Below, in pieces: positions 20,990 through 30,936 of a stretch of 64,000 bases of DNA. Every line of letters begins with the position of its first letter. The first letter of the stretch is position 1. The position numbers and the translations under genes were made by a program. The DNA is from an uncultured bacterium (GTDB taxonomy: Bacteria; Margulisbacteria; Marinamargulisbacteria; SXXA01): positions 2,145-66,144 of the forward strand of contig CAIPHK010000010.1 of assembly GCA_903864835.1 (NCBI GenBank), read 5' to 3'. Below the pieces are notes generated by a model. That model was given only the letters and a program-made list of their open reading frames with translations. It had not been told where the DNA came from and searched no databases.

Positions 20990-22057
20990 TCAAGCAATTA
21001 CGCCGCCACCCACCACTCGGGACCCGTCATAAATAACCCCGGATTGACCGGGAGACGTGAATTCTTGAGGGACTTGGCACTCGATCTGAGCACGTCCGCC
21101 TTCCCAACTCTGAACCACAATTTCAAACGGCACCATCTGGTACCGCATTTTCATCGAAAATGATTTTCCAATGATGGATTCACTGGCATTGACCAACGAG
21201 GCAGTATGCAACTGGACAGTACTTGATTTAAGCGCCCCCTTGGGCCCTACCGTCACTTGGCGATTAAACGGACTAATCCTTACCACGTATAACGGATCGG
21301 GAGACGAAATCCCAATCCCTCTCCGCTGCCCGATCGTAAACTGATGAATCCCGTCATGCAGCCCAAGAATATTTCCGTCTAAATCAACGATGGCGCCACC
21401 CAAAACCGGCGTTGAACCCAATTGTTCTTCCACAAACTGTTTATAGGTTCCCTTGGTGACAAAACAAATTTCTTGGCTATCCGGCTTTTGCGCGTTTAAT
21501 AAACCCATCGACTCGGCCATTTGGCGAACCTCACTTTTGTGAAAGTCCCCTAATGGAAAAAGGGTTTTTGCCAAATTGTCAGAGGACAACATATACAGAA
21601 AATAGCTTTGGTCTTTGCCCATATCTTTAGCCTTACGCAAGGTAAACTGACGGGTTCTTGGGTTAAAAACCCGGCGAACATAGTGCCCGGTCGCCACATA
21701 TTCGGTACCCATTTCAATCCCAACCCGACGTATTTCATCGAATTTAATGTGTCGATTACACTCCACACAGGGATTGGGGGTATGCCCACTGACATACTGG
21801 TCCACAAAATAGTCGATGACTTTTTCTTTAAAGGTATCGCGAATATTAACGACGTAATGGGGAATACCCAATTTGCCAGCGACCCGTTGTGCATCGCAGA
21901 TCGCATCTAAATTACAACAGGCCGATTGTTTTTCCTGCTCTTTAGGAAGCAACTGCATGGTGATTCCAATGACATCGTATCCCCGTCGTTGAAGCAAGGC
22001 GGCAGTGACCGAAGAATCTACCCCGCCACTCATTCCTACCAACACTCTTTTCTTCAT
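20990..22057 (-). CDS. mnmA: tRNA 2-thiouridylase MnmA
   Basis: GMSGGVDSSV, ACC, TPNPCVECN, ATGHY, KDQSYFL, DSQEICF, FTIGQRRG, PGQ; start moved to ATG 22057. Confidence 0.97.
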   Translation of the reverse strand: MKKRVLVGMSGGVDSSVTAALLQRRGYDVIGITMQLLPKEQEKQSACCNLDAICDAQRVAGKLGIPHYVVNIRDTFKEKVIDYFVDQYVSGHTPNPCVECNRHIKFDEIRRVGIEMGTEYVATGHYVRRVFNPRTRQFTLRKAKDMGKDQSYFLYMLSSDNLAKTLFPLGDFHKSEVRQMAESMGLLNAQKPDSQEICFVTKGTYKQFVEEQLGSTPVLGGAIVDLDGNILGLHDGIHQFTIGQRRGIGISSPDPLYVVRISPFNRQVTVGPKGALKSSTVQLHTASLVNASESIIGKSFSMKMRYQMVPFEIVVQSWEGGRAQIECQVPQEFTSPGQSGVIYDGSRVVGGGVIA

Positions 22058-22154
22058 AATGCGGAATTGTACCATTCATGACGCACGATCGAAAAATGAC
22101 GTAATATGGTGTAAATTTGCCATATCCATTTTTTTGATTTGAGAGGACTTTACT

Positions 22155-23942
22155 ATGACGTCTACTGTCGCCACCGCAGAACCTATTCGATGGGATTTAT
22201 CCGACTTATTCTCAGGCATCGACGACCCAACGATCCCTCCTCTTTTACAGAGTGCGCGTGCCAGCTCGAATGATTTTGTCGCTCAATATAAAGACAAACT
22301 GTCCACTCTATCCCCAGCCCAACTTGCAAATGCGTTTAAAGAACTAGAAGTCATCATGACGCCGCTCTATAAGCTGAGCCAATATGCCCATTTGGTCTAT
22401 TCGGTCGACACCTCCGACGATACCGTCAAAGCATTTGTCTCCAAGATCGACGAAGACGAATCTGAGATTGGTAATTTACTCGTATTTTTTGGACTTGAGT
22501 TGGCCACGTTTCCCGCAGAACAGCTTCAAAAGTTGGCCAACGATCCCGCGCTGTCAGACTACCGATATGATCTAATCCTGACCGAAAAAACAGCCCGATA
22601 TAATCTGTCGGAAAAAGAAGAACAACTCGCCAATCTTAAAGACTTGACCGGCGTTGAAGGATTGCGAAAATTGTACGGAGATATCACGGCATCCTATCGA
22701 TTTGAACTCGAAGTCGATGGCGAAAAAAAGTCGTTCAACGGCAGCCAATTGCGGGCACTACGTCAGCACAAAAACCCGGAGGTTCGCCAGGCGGCGATGA
22801 AATTATTCTTCGCAAAATATGAAGAGAATCAGATCATTTTTTCATCAATTTTCAACAACATCGTCAAAGACTTCAATATTGAACGAAAACTCCGAGGGTT
22901 CTCAAGCCCAATTACCACCAAATTAGTGGGTAAAGATCTCGACGAAGCCACGATCCAAACACTACACACGATCACAGAAGAATCATATCCATTGGTTCAT
23001 CGATATTATGAGCTTAAGCGCAAACTTCTGGGGCTTGATGAGCTCACGCTTGCAGATATCTATGCGCCTCTACCCGATAGCTCCCACCTATACACGTGGG
23101 AACAGGCTCAAGAAATCGTGCTAGATGGATTCAAACGGTTTGATCCTGAAATCCACGCATTCGCCCAAAAGATGTTTGATCAGCGCCGTATCGATGCGCC
23201 CGTCCTACCCAACAAACGCGGTGGCGCCTATTGTTCATCCTCTACACCGGACGTCGATCCTTATGTTTTCCTTAATTTTCAAGGCCGCCCGTCCGACATC
23301 GCCACCCTTGCGCATGAACTGGGTCATGCAATCCACGACATGTATTGCGCCAAACAACATTTGTTCTATTACCACCCCATTTTGCCGTTGGCAGAGACGG
23401 CCAGTGTCTTTTCCGAAATGATTATCACCGATAAATTATTGACGGAAACAACGGATATCAAAGAGCGACAATCTATTCTGACCCATAAACTCGAAGATAT
23501 GTTTGCGACGAGTCATCGGCAAAATATGTTTTCACGGTTTGAAATGGCCATTCATGACCGAATTACCAACGGATTATTAAGTGCCCCAGAGCTCTGTGAG
23601 CTCTACGAAATCGAGCTCCAAAAAATGTTTGGTACCAGCGTCCGAATCACTCCTGAATACCGATGGGAATGGGCCTCAATTCCCCATATCATCGATTCCC
23701 CGTTCTATGTATTCAGCTACAACTTTGGAAATTTACTGGTCATGGCGTTATACCAACTCTATAAAGAAGAGGGCGCTGCATTTATTCCAAAATACAAAGC
23801 CATGCTCACCGCGGGAAGCTCAGCCAGCCCCTACGATATCGTGGCAATCGCCGGATTCGATCTACGCGATCCCCAATTTTGGCGCAAAGGAATTCTTGCA
23901 ATGGAGTCGCTTTTGAAAGAGCTAGAAAATACGGTAAAGTGA
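22155..23942 (+). CDS. pepF: M3 family oligoendopeptidase F
   Basis: WDLSDL, KRGGAY, TLAHELGHAIH (HEXXH), LAETAS, WASIPH, FYVFSY. Confidence 0.9.
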   Translation: MTSTVATAEPIRWDLSDLFSGIDDPTIPPLLQSARASSNDFVAQYKDKLSTLSPAQLANAFKELEVIMTPLYKLSQYAHLVYSVDTSDDTVKAFVSKIDEDESEIGNLLVFFGLELATFPAEQLQKLANDPALSDYRYDLILTEKTARYNLSEKEEQLANLKDLTGVEGLRKLYGDITASYRFELEVDGEKKSFNGSQLRALRQHKNPEVRQAAMKLFFAKYEENQIIFSSIFNNIVKDFNIERKLRGFSSPITTKLVGKDLDEATIQTLHTITEESYPLVHRYYELKRKLLGLDELTLADIYAPLPDSSHLYTWEQAQEIVLDGFKRFDPEIHAFAQKMFDQRRIDAPVLPNKRGGAYCSSSTPDVDPYVFLNFQGRPSDIATLAHELGHAIHDMYCAKQHLFYYHPILPLAETASVFSEMIITDKLLTETTDIKERQSILTHKLEDMFATSHRQNMFSRFEMAIHDRITNGLLSAPELCELYEIELQKMFGTSVRITPEYRWEWASIPHIIDSPFYVFSYNFGNLLVMALYQLYKEEGAAFIPKYKAMLTAGSSASPYDIVAIAGFDLRDPQFWRKGILAMESLLKELENTVK

Positions 23943-23946
23943 GATC

Positions 23947-24858
23947 ATGACAGATCCTAAACACCTCGGACTACAAATCCAGGCCATTCTTGATTCCTAT
24001 CAGGAACTGGGTGGCATTAGCTTCACTGACGGTGATCATCTTCCGTCACGTAATAGCGTCCAGCATATCTTAACAATGTTGAGGGAAATTTTATTTCCGG
24101 GCTACTTCGATACCACTCCGATTAATAGCACCAATCTTCAGTACGTTATCGGCCAAAAAATAGTCACCGCCGCCGAAGCGTTATGTGCGGAAATCAACAA
24201 AATTCTAGTATGGTCCGCAAAAGAATCTCGACATGATGTCAATCCATCCGAATGCCGACAACTCGCCAAGTTAGTAACCTCAGAATTTTTTGACTATATC
24301 CCGACGTTACGAACACTATTAAAACAAGACGTCAAAGCCACCTACGACGGCGATCCCGCCGCAAAAAGCGAAGCTGAAATCATCCTGTCGTATCCGGGGT
24401 TCCAAGCCACCACCACCTATCGTATCGCCCATTTTTTATACAAGCGCGACATCCCACTGATGCCCCGAATGATGACAGAAATTGCACATAGTGAAACTGG
24501 AATAGATATTCATCCTGGCGCAACCATCGGCCCGTCATTTTGTATCGACCATGGTACGGGGATCGTTATCGGAGAGACCTCTGATATTGGTCACAACGTC
24601 AAACTGTATCAAGGCGTTACTTTAGGCGCATTAAGTGTACCCAAATCCAAATCAACTACCAAACGCCACCCCACGTTGGGCGACCACATTGTTGTGTATG
24701 CCGAAACGACGATTTTAGGTGGCGATACCCAGATCGGTTCCAACTCCATCATCGGTGGCAACGTGTGGATTACCCAGTCCATCCCAGAGAATTCCAAGAT
24801 TTCGCTCTCTTCGGATTATCAGCAGCTCATTAAATCCGGTCGGATATCCAAACCCTAG
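23947..24858 (+). CDS. cysE: Serine O-acetyltransferase (long EpsC-type)
   Basis: GDPAA, YPGF, TGIDIHPGATIG, IDHGTGIVIGET, YQGVTLGA, KRHPT. Confidence 0.92.
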   Translation: MTDPKHLGLQIQAILDSYQELGGISFTDGDHLPSRNSVQHILTMLREILFPGYFDTTPINSTNLQYVIGQKIVTAAEALCAEINKILVWSAKESRHDVNPSECRQLAKLVTSEFFDYIPTLRTLLKQDVKATYDGDPAAKSEAEIILSYPGFQATTTYRIAHFLYKRDIPLMPRMMTEIAHSETGIDIHPGATIGPSFCIDHGTGIVIGETSDIGHNVKLYQGVTLGALSVPKSKSTTKRHPTLGDHIVVYAETTILGGDTQIGSNSIIGGNVWITQSIPENSKISLSSDYQQLIKSGRISKP

Positions 24859-24860
24859 CC

Positions 24861-25634
24861 ATGACAATTTTAGATCGAATCGTTAAAACAAAGCGAGAAG
24901 AAATCACCGCCCTCAAAGGATGTCGACCCGATTTAGTCCTCCCAGCATCACCAATCCCCCGTAGCCATCGATTTACAAAGGCGATTCGAGCCGACGGACT
25001 GACAGTGATTGCTGAGGTCAAAAAAGCGTCCCCATCCCGAGGGGTTATACGGCACGACTTTGACCCGGTGTCGCTGGCCATCCAGTTCGAAAAATCTGGC
25101 GCAGGCGCGTTATCCGTGTTAACCGATGGCCCCTACTTCCAAGGCAGTCCCGCCTATATCTCCGCCATTCGGCCCGCAGTATCGATTCCTATATTACGTA
25201 AGGAATTTATTATTGACCCCATCCAAATTATTGAATCCGCTGAATTGGGTGCCGACGCAATATTGTTAATACAAGCCATCTTAAACCCATCCCTCTGCCG
25301 CAATCTGATCGACGTTGCTCATTTTCTTAACTTGGACGTCCTCCTTGAAATTCATACCGATGAGGAACTCGACATTGCACTTCAAATTCCCAACGTTGAT
25401 ATGATTGGAATTAACAACCGCAATCTAAAAACGTTTGACATTGATATTTCTTTAGCGCAAAAACTCAACGAAAAAATAAAGCGTATCCGGCCAGACTTAC
25501 CGGTAGTGGCGGAGAGCGGTTACCGGTCGATCGACGACCTAAAAACATTGGCATCTGAGGAATTTTCGGCCGTGTTAATTGGGGAGGGATTGGCAACAAA
25601 TCCGTCCCTAGTGAACCAACTTCGTTTGGTGTAA
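24861..25634 (+). CDS. trpC: Indole-3-glycerol phosphate synthase
   Basis: IAEVKKASPSRG, LSVLTD, LRKEFIID, GADAILL, GINNRNL, VAESG. Confidence 0.96.
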   Translation: MTILDRIVKTKREEITALKGCRPDLVLPASPIPRSHRFTKAIRADGLTVIAEVKKASPSRGVIRHDFDPVSLAIQFEKSGAGALSVLTDGPYFQGSPAYISAIRPAVSIPILRKEFIIDPIQIIESAELGADAILLIQAILNPSLCRNLIDVAHFLNLDVLLEIHTDEELDIALQIPNVDMIGINNRNLKTFDIDISLAQKLNEKIKRIRPDLPVVAESGYRSIDDLKTLASEEFSAVLIGEGLATNPSLVNQLRLV

Positions 25635-25657
25635 CCAACAAAATCACATCTTTTATG

Positions 25658-25687
25658 TTGTCAGAGAATTTGTTTCGTGGATATAAT
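25658..25687 (+). promoter_or_regulatory. Putative sigma70 promoter of the rpsP operon
   Basis: TTGTCA-18 nt-TATAAT; GAGGTG SD before the rpsP TTG. Confidence 0.7.
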
Positions 25688-25741
25688 GGCTCTTCAAAAA
25701 AATACACAACAAATTTTATGAATTTTGTTTAGAGGTGACAT

Positions 25742-26044
25742 TTGGCCATTAGAATTCGACTTAAACGACAAGGAAAGAAAAAACAACCAGTATATCGATT
25801 GGTTGTAGCCGATAGCCGCGACGCGCGTAGTGGGCAGGCAATTGAAGTAGTGGGCTTATACAATCCTACAACTCAACCTGTTGCATTTAATTTCAATGAG
25901 GATCGTGTGAAGTATTGGTTATCTGTTGGCGCTCAGCCCAGTGACCCAGTTCAGCGGCTTCTTGGAGCTCAAGGCGTTGTACCTCAGGTGAAGCGGATCT
26001 CAGCAACTCCTGGCGTTTCTAAAAAAGACCGAAAAAAAGCTTAA
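25742..26044 (+). CDS. rpsP: 30S ribosomal protein S16
   Basis: IRLKRQGKKKQPVYRLVVADSR, GLYNP, WLSVGAQPS. Confidence 0.98.
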   Translation: MAIRIRLKRQGKKKQPVYRLVVADSRDARSGQAIEVVGLYNPTTQPVAFNFNEDRVKYWLSVGAQPSDPVQRLLGAQGVVPQVKRISATPGVSKKDRKKA

Positions 26045-26087
26045 GACTGGTTTCGGGGGTACTCTCTCCGATTTTGGGTGATTGTCG

Positions 26088-26333
26088 ATGAAAAATCTGG
26101 TAGAAAATATCGTTTGTTCTCTGGTCGATTCTCCCGACCAGGTCATTGTTGCGGAAACAGCGGGTGAAAGCGTTACTGTTCTGGAGATTCGCGTTGCCCC
26201 CGATGACGTCGGGAAAGTCATCGGCAAGGAAGGTCGAATCGCCAATGCAATTCGAACCGTTGCCAAGGCCGCTGCTGCGAAAAATAATCGACGTGTCACC
26301 GTTGAAATCATGACTAATGAAAAGGTAACCTGA
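26088..26333 (+). CDS. khpA: KH-domain RNA-binding protein KhpA
   Basis: DVGKVIGKEGRIANAIRT; follows rpsP. Confidence 0.93.
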   Translation: MKNLVENIVCSLVDSPDQVIVAETAGESVTVLEIRVAPDDVGKVIGKEGRIANAIRTVAKAAAAKNNRRVTVEIMTNEKVT

Positions 26334-26340
26334 ATTAATT

Positions 26341-26841
26341 ATGTCTACCTCTAAGACCGAAAAATCAAGTTCCGCGGCTCCGAAACCTGCAGTTAAGCCT
26401 GCGGCAAGCGGCAATCGGTCAGTTACGCTTAAAAGGACCGTCACCATCAAAGTGGTAGTCACCGAAAAGTTTAAGTCATACATGTTGTTTGAACTGAATG
26501 AATCCATTCGGTCCGCTGAACAACGGACACTTCTTATAAATCAACAAATTCCACAGTTGGATCGATTGGCTTCGACTGACAACATCGGTCGTCAAGCCCT
26601 TCTTCAACAATTGGAAGCTGAAAAGATCCAACTCGATGCGACAATAAAAGATCAACAGACGCGGATCGATGCCATCAATGATCTCAAGCTTGAGTCCCTG
26701 TTTCTACAGGGGACCGTTGATGGATTTGTTTCAGTGTCAGAAGGCGACAACCTTTACGAAAAATTAGGCGGGATGGAAATCATCCTTAAAGACGGCATCG
26801 TTCAAAAAATAACTCCCGTAGCCGCCATCGAAACAAACTAG
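26341..26841 (+). CDS. ylqD: YlqD family protein
   Basis: LKRTVTIKVVVTE..K, central coiled coil, QGTVDGFV.V..GDN, EIILKDGIV; position after khpA. Confidence 0.8.
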   Translation: MSTSKTEKSSSAAPKPAVKPAASGNRSVTLKRTVTIKVVVTEKFKSYMLFELNESIRSAEQRTLLINQQIPQLDRLASTDNIGRQALLQQLEAEKIQLDATIKDQQTRIDAINDLKLESLFLQGTVDGFVSVSEGDNLYEKLGGMEIILKDGIVQKITPVAAIETN

Positions 26842-26851
26842 TCCTTCAGGA

Positions 26852-27580
26852 ATGAAGCTCTATTTCCTAACACTTTTTCCCGATGAGTTGCGTCAGTTTT
26901 TTTGCAAGGGACTGATGCAACGTGCGATTACTACCGGATTAATCGATCCTGTGTTTATCCAGCTTCGTGATTTTTCAATCAATCGCCATGGACAAGTCGA
27001 CGAGCCCCCGTTTGGTGGTAAACGAGGAATGCTTCTCCGAATCGATGTCCTTTACAATGCCATCACCTCAATCCCCGACTATACCGACGCGTTAATCTAT
27101 TACACTTGCCCGAAGGGGCGTCCGTTATCCCAAGGGATGGCGACCGAAATTCATGATGCCAACCGCGCCCTTATCATTCTCTCAGGGTTCTACGAGGGAG
27201 TGGATGAACGCCTATTTGAGCTGCTTCCCGTTCACCGATTTTCATTGGGCGAGGTCATTTTATCATCGGGAGATGCTGCCGCGATCGCGTTGGCAGAGTC
27301 AGTCTGCCGCCTAGTTCCTGGGGTCATTGGCGATCCAGCCTGCATTTCCGAGGATTCTTTTGTCTGTGGCCTGTTGGAACATCCACAATATGCCCAGCCC
27401 AGGGTATTCCAAAATATGCCAGTTCCTGATATTTTGTTAACTGGTCATCATCAGAAAATTGCAACGTGGAAACGTCAGCAGTCTCTGGGAGTTACGTTGC
27501 TCAACAATCCAAGTTTGTTCGCCAGAACCTTTCCCTCGGTTGAGGAACAGGCATTATTGACAGAGTTTTTAAAGGAGTAA
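26852..27580 (+). CDS. trmD: tRNA (guanine37-N1)-methyltransferase
   Basis: TLFP, VDEPPFGG..GM, YEGVDER, RLVPGV, EDSF, LLEHPQY, VPDILLTGHH. Confidence 0.93.
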   Translation: MKLYFLTLFPDELRQFFCKGLMQRAITTGLIDPVFIQLRDFSINRHGQVDEPPFGGKRGMLLRIDVLYNAITSIPDYTDALIYYTCPKGRPLSQGMATEIHDANRALIILSGFYEGVDERLFELLPVHRFSLGEVILSSGDAAAIALAESVCRLVPGVIGDPACISEDSFVCGLLEHPQYAQPRVFQNMPVPDILLTGHHQKIATWKRQQSLGVTLLNNPSLFARTFPSVEEQALLTEFLKE

Positions 27581-27583
27581 GTC

Positions 27584-27955
27584 ATGTCCTCGTCGCAAAT
27601 TATCGAGCAAATCGAAAATAGTCAGTTGAAAGAAAATGTTCCCAGCTTCAATGTAGGGGATACTGTAGTGGTTGCAACCGCGATCATTGAAGGAAAAAAA
27701 CGACGGATTCAAAAATTTGAAGGAACCGTTGTAAAAAAGACCGGAACACGAATTCGTGAAAGTTTCACCGTTCGCCGGATCATCGACAAAATTGGTGTAG
27801 AAAAGACGTTTCTACTTCATTCACCATTGGTCGAAAGTGTTCTTGTTATCAAAGAAGGTATCGCACGTCGAGCGCGACTCCACTATCTTCGAGACAGAGT
27901 GGGCGCTAAAGCGAACCGTATGAAAGCCAAAGAAAAACAAATAATCGCGTCATGA
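27584..27955 (+). CDS. rplS: 50S ribosomal protein L19
   Basis: FNVGDTV, RIQKFEG, FTVRR, GVEKTF, RRARLHYLR. Confidence 0.98.
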   Translation: MSSSQIIEQIENSQLKENVPSFNVGDTVVVATAIIEGKKRRIQKFEGTVVKKTGTRIRESFTVRRIIDKIGVEKTFLLHSPLVESVLVIKEGIARRARLHYLRDRVGAKANRMKAKEKQIIAS

Positions 27956-28962
27956 TTCGGGTGGGGATTGCCGGTGCCTCAGGGTACACCGGGCTGGAAC
28001 TGATTCGGTTACTCAGCAGCCATCCCCACGTCCAGATCACTCGATTATATTCAAAATCCCAGGTTGGGATAAAAATTAGTCAGATCTATCCGCAGCTACT
28101 TGGGCGATTGGAATTGACGTTAGACCCACTCGACGAGTCGACGCTTTCGAATGTTGATCTTGTCTTTCTGGCATTGCCTCATGGGCAAGCACAGAATCAC
28201 TATGACCTCTTGATGAGTGCCGGTATCAAAATAATCGACTTGTCTGCCGACTTCCGTCTCGTTAAGGCCGATGACTACGCCACCTATTATGGGGAAGCGC
28301 ATTCCCGCCCAGAACTTCTCGGGACAATTCCGCTCGGCCTCCCCGAAGTGTATAAGGATTCGATTCGAACCGCCCGTTATGTCGCATGCCCTGGGTGCTA
28401 TGCAACATCGGTGATGCTGGGCCTTTATCCCTTGGCACAGGCTGGCGGCTTAACGTCCCCAGTCATTGCAGACTCCAAGTCCGGCGTATCCGGTGCAGGC
28501 CGGGGACTCAAAGAATCAAGCTTGTACTGTGAAGCCAATGAATCTTTTTCGGCGTATGGTACGGCGACCCATCGGCACACCCCAGAAATGGAAACACTAT
28601 TAGGGGTTAACGTCTTATTTTCTCCCCATCTGGTGCCAATGAGCCGCGGCATATTGTCGACGATGTATGTCGATGCCTCAATTGCAGAATCTGAACTCGT
28701 TGATATCTATACCCGCGCGTACGCCGATGCACCATTTGTCACCGTCGCATCCGGCCTTAAGACCGCAAGTACAAAATATGTTGCCGGAACTAATTGCTGC
28801 ATGATCAGCTTTAAGTCCATCCCAAGCCTCAAAAAAATAGTAGTATTTTCGGCCCTGGACAATCTAATTAAGGGCGCCTCCGGCCAAGCCATTCAATGTA
28901 TGAATATCGGCTTTGGCTTTGAAGAAACCCTCGGGCTACCACTTATCGCCCCTTATTTATAA
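27952..28962 (+). CDS. argC: N-acetyl-gamma-glutamyl-phosphate reductase
   Basis: GASGYTG, ALPHG, IDLSADFR, PGCY, SGVSGAG, HRHTPE, DNLIKGASGQA. Confidence 0.97.
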   Translation: MIRVGIAGASGYTGLELIRLLSSHPHVQITRLYSKSQVGIKISQIYPQLLGRLELTLDPLDESTLSNVDLVFLALPHGQAQNHYDLLMSAGIKIIDLSADFRLVKADDYATYYGEAHSRPELLGTIPLGLPEVYKDSIRTARYVACPGCYATSVMLGLYPLAQAGGLTSPVIADSKSGVSGAGRGLKESSLYCEANESFSAYGTATHRHTPEMETLLGVNVLFSPHLVPMSRGILSTMYVDASIAESELVDIYTRAYADAPFVTVASGLKTASTKYVAGTNCCMISFKSIPSLKKIVVFSALDNLIKGASGQAIQCMNIGFGFEETLGLPLIAPYL

Positions 28963-28967
28963 CCGCC

Positions 28968-30926
28968 ATGGGAATGGTTGCCTCCGTCGCAATTTTGCGC
29001 GGCGTACGGGATTTGTACACGTACGAGATTCCTGACAGTTTATCCGCAGCGGGGCCTGGCACACCGGTAACTGTACCCTTGGGGGCGTCCATCGCTCCCG
29101 GAGTGATCATTCGACTGGAGCCCGTTGGGGGTTCCCCAATTCAGCTTAAATCCATTATCGCCATTGACCCAAAGCGCCCCACGATTCGACCCGATCAGCT
29201 CGCGCTCATTGAGTGGTTTATCTCCCACTATCTCACCACCCCAGACAAGGCCATCCAAACTATTGTCGGCAACCATCGGCTTCGCGCGGTAGCCCCCTCT
29301 TCAGCCTCGGATCCCGAGGTTTCACTCCTCACATTGTCCAGCTTACAGGTCCGAACGGTTGACGCGATCATATCCCAAGTCGGGTATAAAGAATTTTTGA
29401 TTCATGGAGTCACTGGCAGTGGAAAAACCGAGATCTACCTTGAAATCGCCAGGCAAATGAAAATCGCCGGAAAATCAGCCATTGTTTTAGTACCCGAAAT
29501 TTCTTTAACACCTCAAGTCAGCCGGATATTCCAAAGTCGGTTGGGCACCAACGTCGCAATCCTGCATTCAGGACTTACCGCAAAACAGCGGACCACCACA
29601 TGGAACCAAATCTATTCAGGAGAAATTCAAGTCGTCATTGGGCCTCGGTCCGCAATATTTTCTCCACTTCATAATTTAGGCGTGATTATTGTGGATGAGT
29701 GTCATGACGGATCATACAAACAAGATCAACATCCGAGATACGACACGCTCCAAGTCGCAAAAAAACGCGCAGAAATCGCCCAAATTCCGTTGGTCTATGG
29801 ATCCGCCACCCCGACCCTTGAGCAGATGTTTTACGCACGCGCAGGGACCACTCAGCTCCTTTCGCTACCCCATCGAATCATGAATAGACCCATGGCCACC
29901 CACCACATCTCCGATATCCGAGACAGAGACCTATTTCCCGATGATAGCGTGATCGGCCGCCCCCTCGCAGATGCATTGCGTATCGCGTCTGCAAAAGGAG
30001 AAAAGGCCATTGTCCTTGTTAATCGGCGTGGATATGCCCCGACCATCATGTGCCAAAAATGCAGAAACCCCGTCACTTGCCCACAATGTGAACTCGGCTA
30101 TACCTACCATTCCGATCGTATTCTTCGATGTCATCGGTGCTTCACCCAAACACCGCTACCACTGCGATGCCCATCCTGCAAAAAGGGATCTCTTGCTATT
30201 GCAGGCGCAGCAATCCAAAAAGTAGAATTCGAACTTCGAAAATTATTACCGGAATCATCGATTTTGAGATTGGATCGCGACACCGGAACTCACGCCAATC
30301 GAATCAGCGAAATAATGGATGAATTCCGCGACTCCGGGGACATCTTAATCGGAACCCAAATGATTGCCAAAGGCCACGACATTCCGCTGGTCACCGTGGT
30401 TGGAATTGTCGGAATTGATGCATCGCTTGGGATTCCTGACTTCCGGGCGGGAGAGAGAGCCTTCCAGCTCATTACTCAGGTTGCCGGTCGTGCCGGTCGT
30501 GGAGAGCTTCCCGGAGACGTCTATATTCAAACCGCCAAACCCGGACACTATGCGATTGCGTCGGCATTGGACCATGATTTTGACCGATTTTATACCACTG
30601 AATTGGGATTCAGAAAGCCATTGAGATACCCCCCATTTACCGAACTCATCAACATTATTATTTCCGGAGCAAAGCCTGACGGAGTCTCCCTCTGGGCGCG
30701 CACAATTCATGCACTACTCACCGACTCGTTAGACCCCCATGGATTTTTTGTGATGCCTGCCCAACCTGCGCCCGTCGCAATGATTAAGGGCCAAACTCGG
30801 TGGCACATTTTGGTTAAAACAATGCCCCATCACACCGACGAAGTCCGGGATATTCTCCGAAAAATCCCACCTCCCCAACGGGGAATTAGAGTTATTGTTG
30901 ATTTTGATCCCCAGTCGATACTATGA
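28968..30926 (+). CDS. priA: Primosomal protein N' (replication restart helicase)
   Basis: GVTGSGKTE, LVPEISLT, DECHD.SYKQ, GSATP, four CxxC zinc pairs, GTQMIAKG, QVAGRAGR. Confidence 0.96.
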   Translation: MGMVASVAILRGVRDLYTYEIPDSLSAAGPGTPVTVPLGASIAPGVIIRLEPVGGSPIQLKSIIAIDPKRPTIRPDQLALIEWFISHYLTTPDKAIQTIVGNHRLRAVAPSSASDPEVSLLTLSSLQVRTVDAIISQVGYKEFLIHGVTGSGKTEIYLEIARQMKIAGKSAIVLVPEISLTPQVSRIFQSRLGTNVAILHSGLTAKQRTTTWNQIYSGEIQVVIGPRSAIFSPLHNLGVIIVDECHDGSYKQDQHPRYDTLQVAKKRAEIAQIPLVYGSATPTLEQMFYARAGTTQLLSLPHRIMNRPMATHHISDIRDRDLFPDDSVIGRPLADALRIASAKGEKAIVLVNRRGYAPTIMCQKCRNPVTCPQCELGYTYHSDRILRCHRCFTQTPLPLRCPSCKKGSLAIAGAAIQKVEFELRKLLPESSILRLDRDTGTHANRISEIMDEFRDSGDILIGTQMIAKGHDIPLVTVVGIVGIDASLGIPDFRAGERAFQLITQVAGRAGRGELPGDVYIQTAKPGHYAIASALDHDFDRFYTTELGFRKPLRYPPFTELINIIISGAKPDGVSLWARTIHALLTDSLDPHGFFVMPAQPAPVAMIKGQTRWHILVKTMPHHTDEVRDILRKIPPPQRGIRVIVDFDPQSIL

Positions 30927-30936
30927 TTTTCAGATT

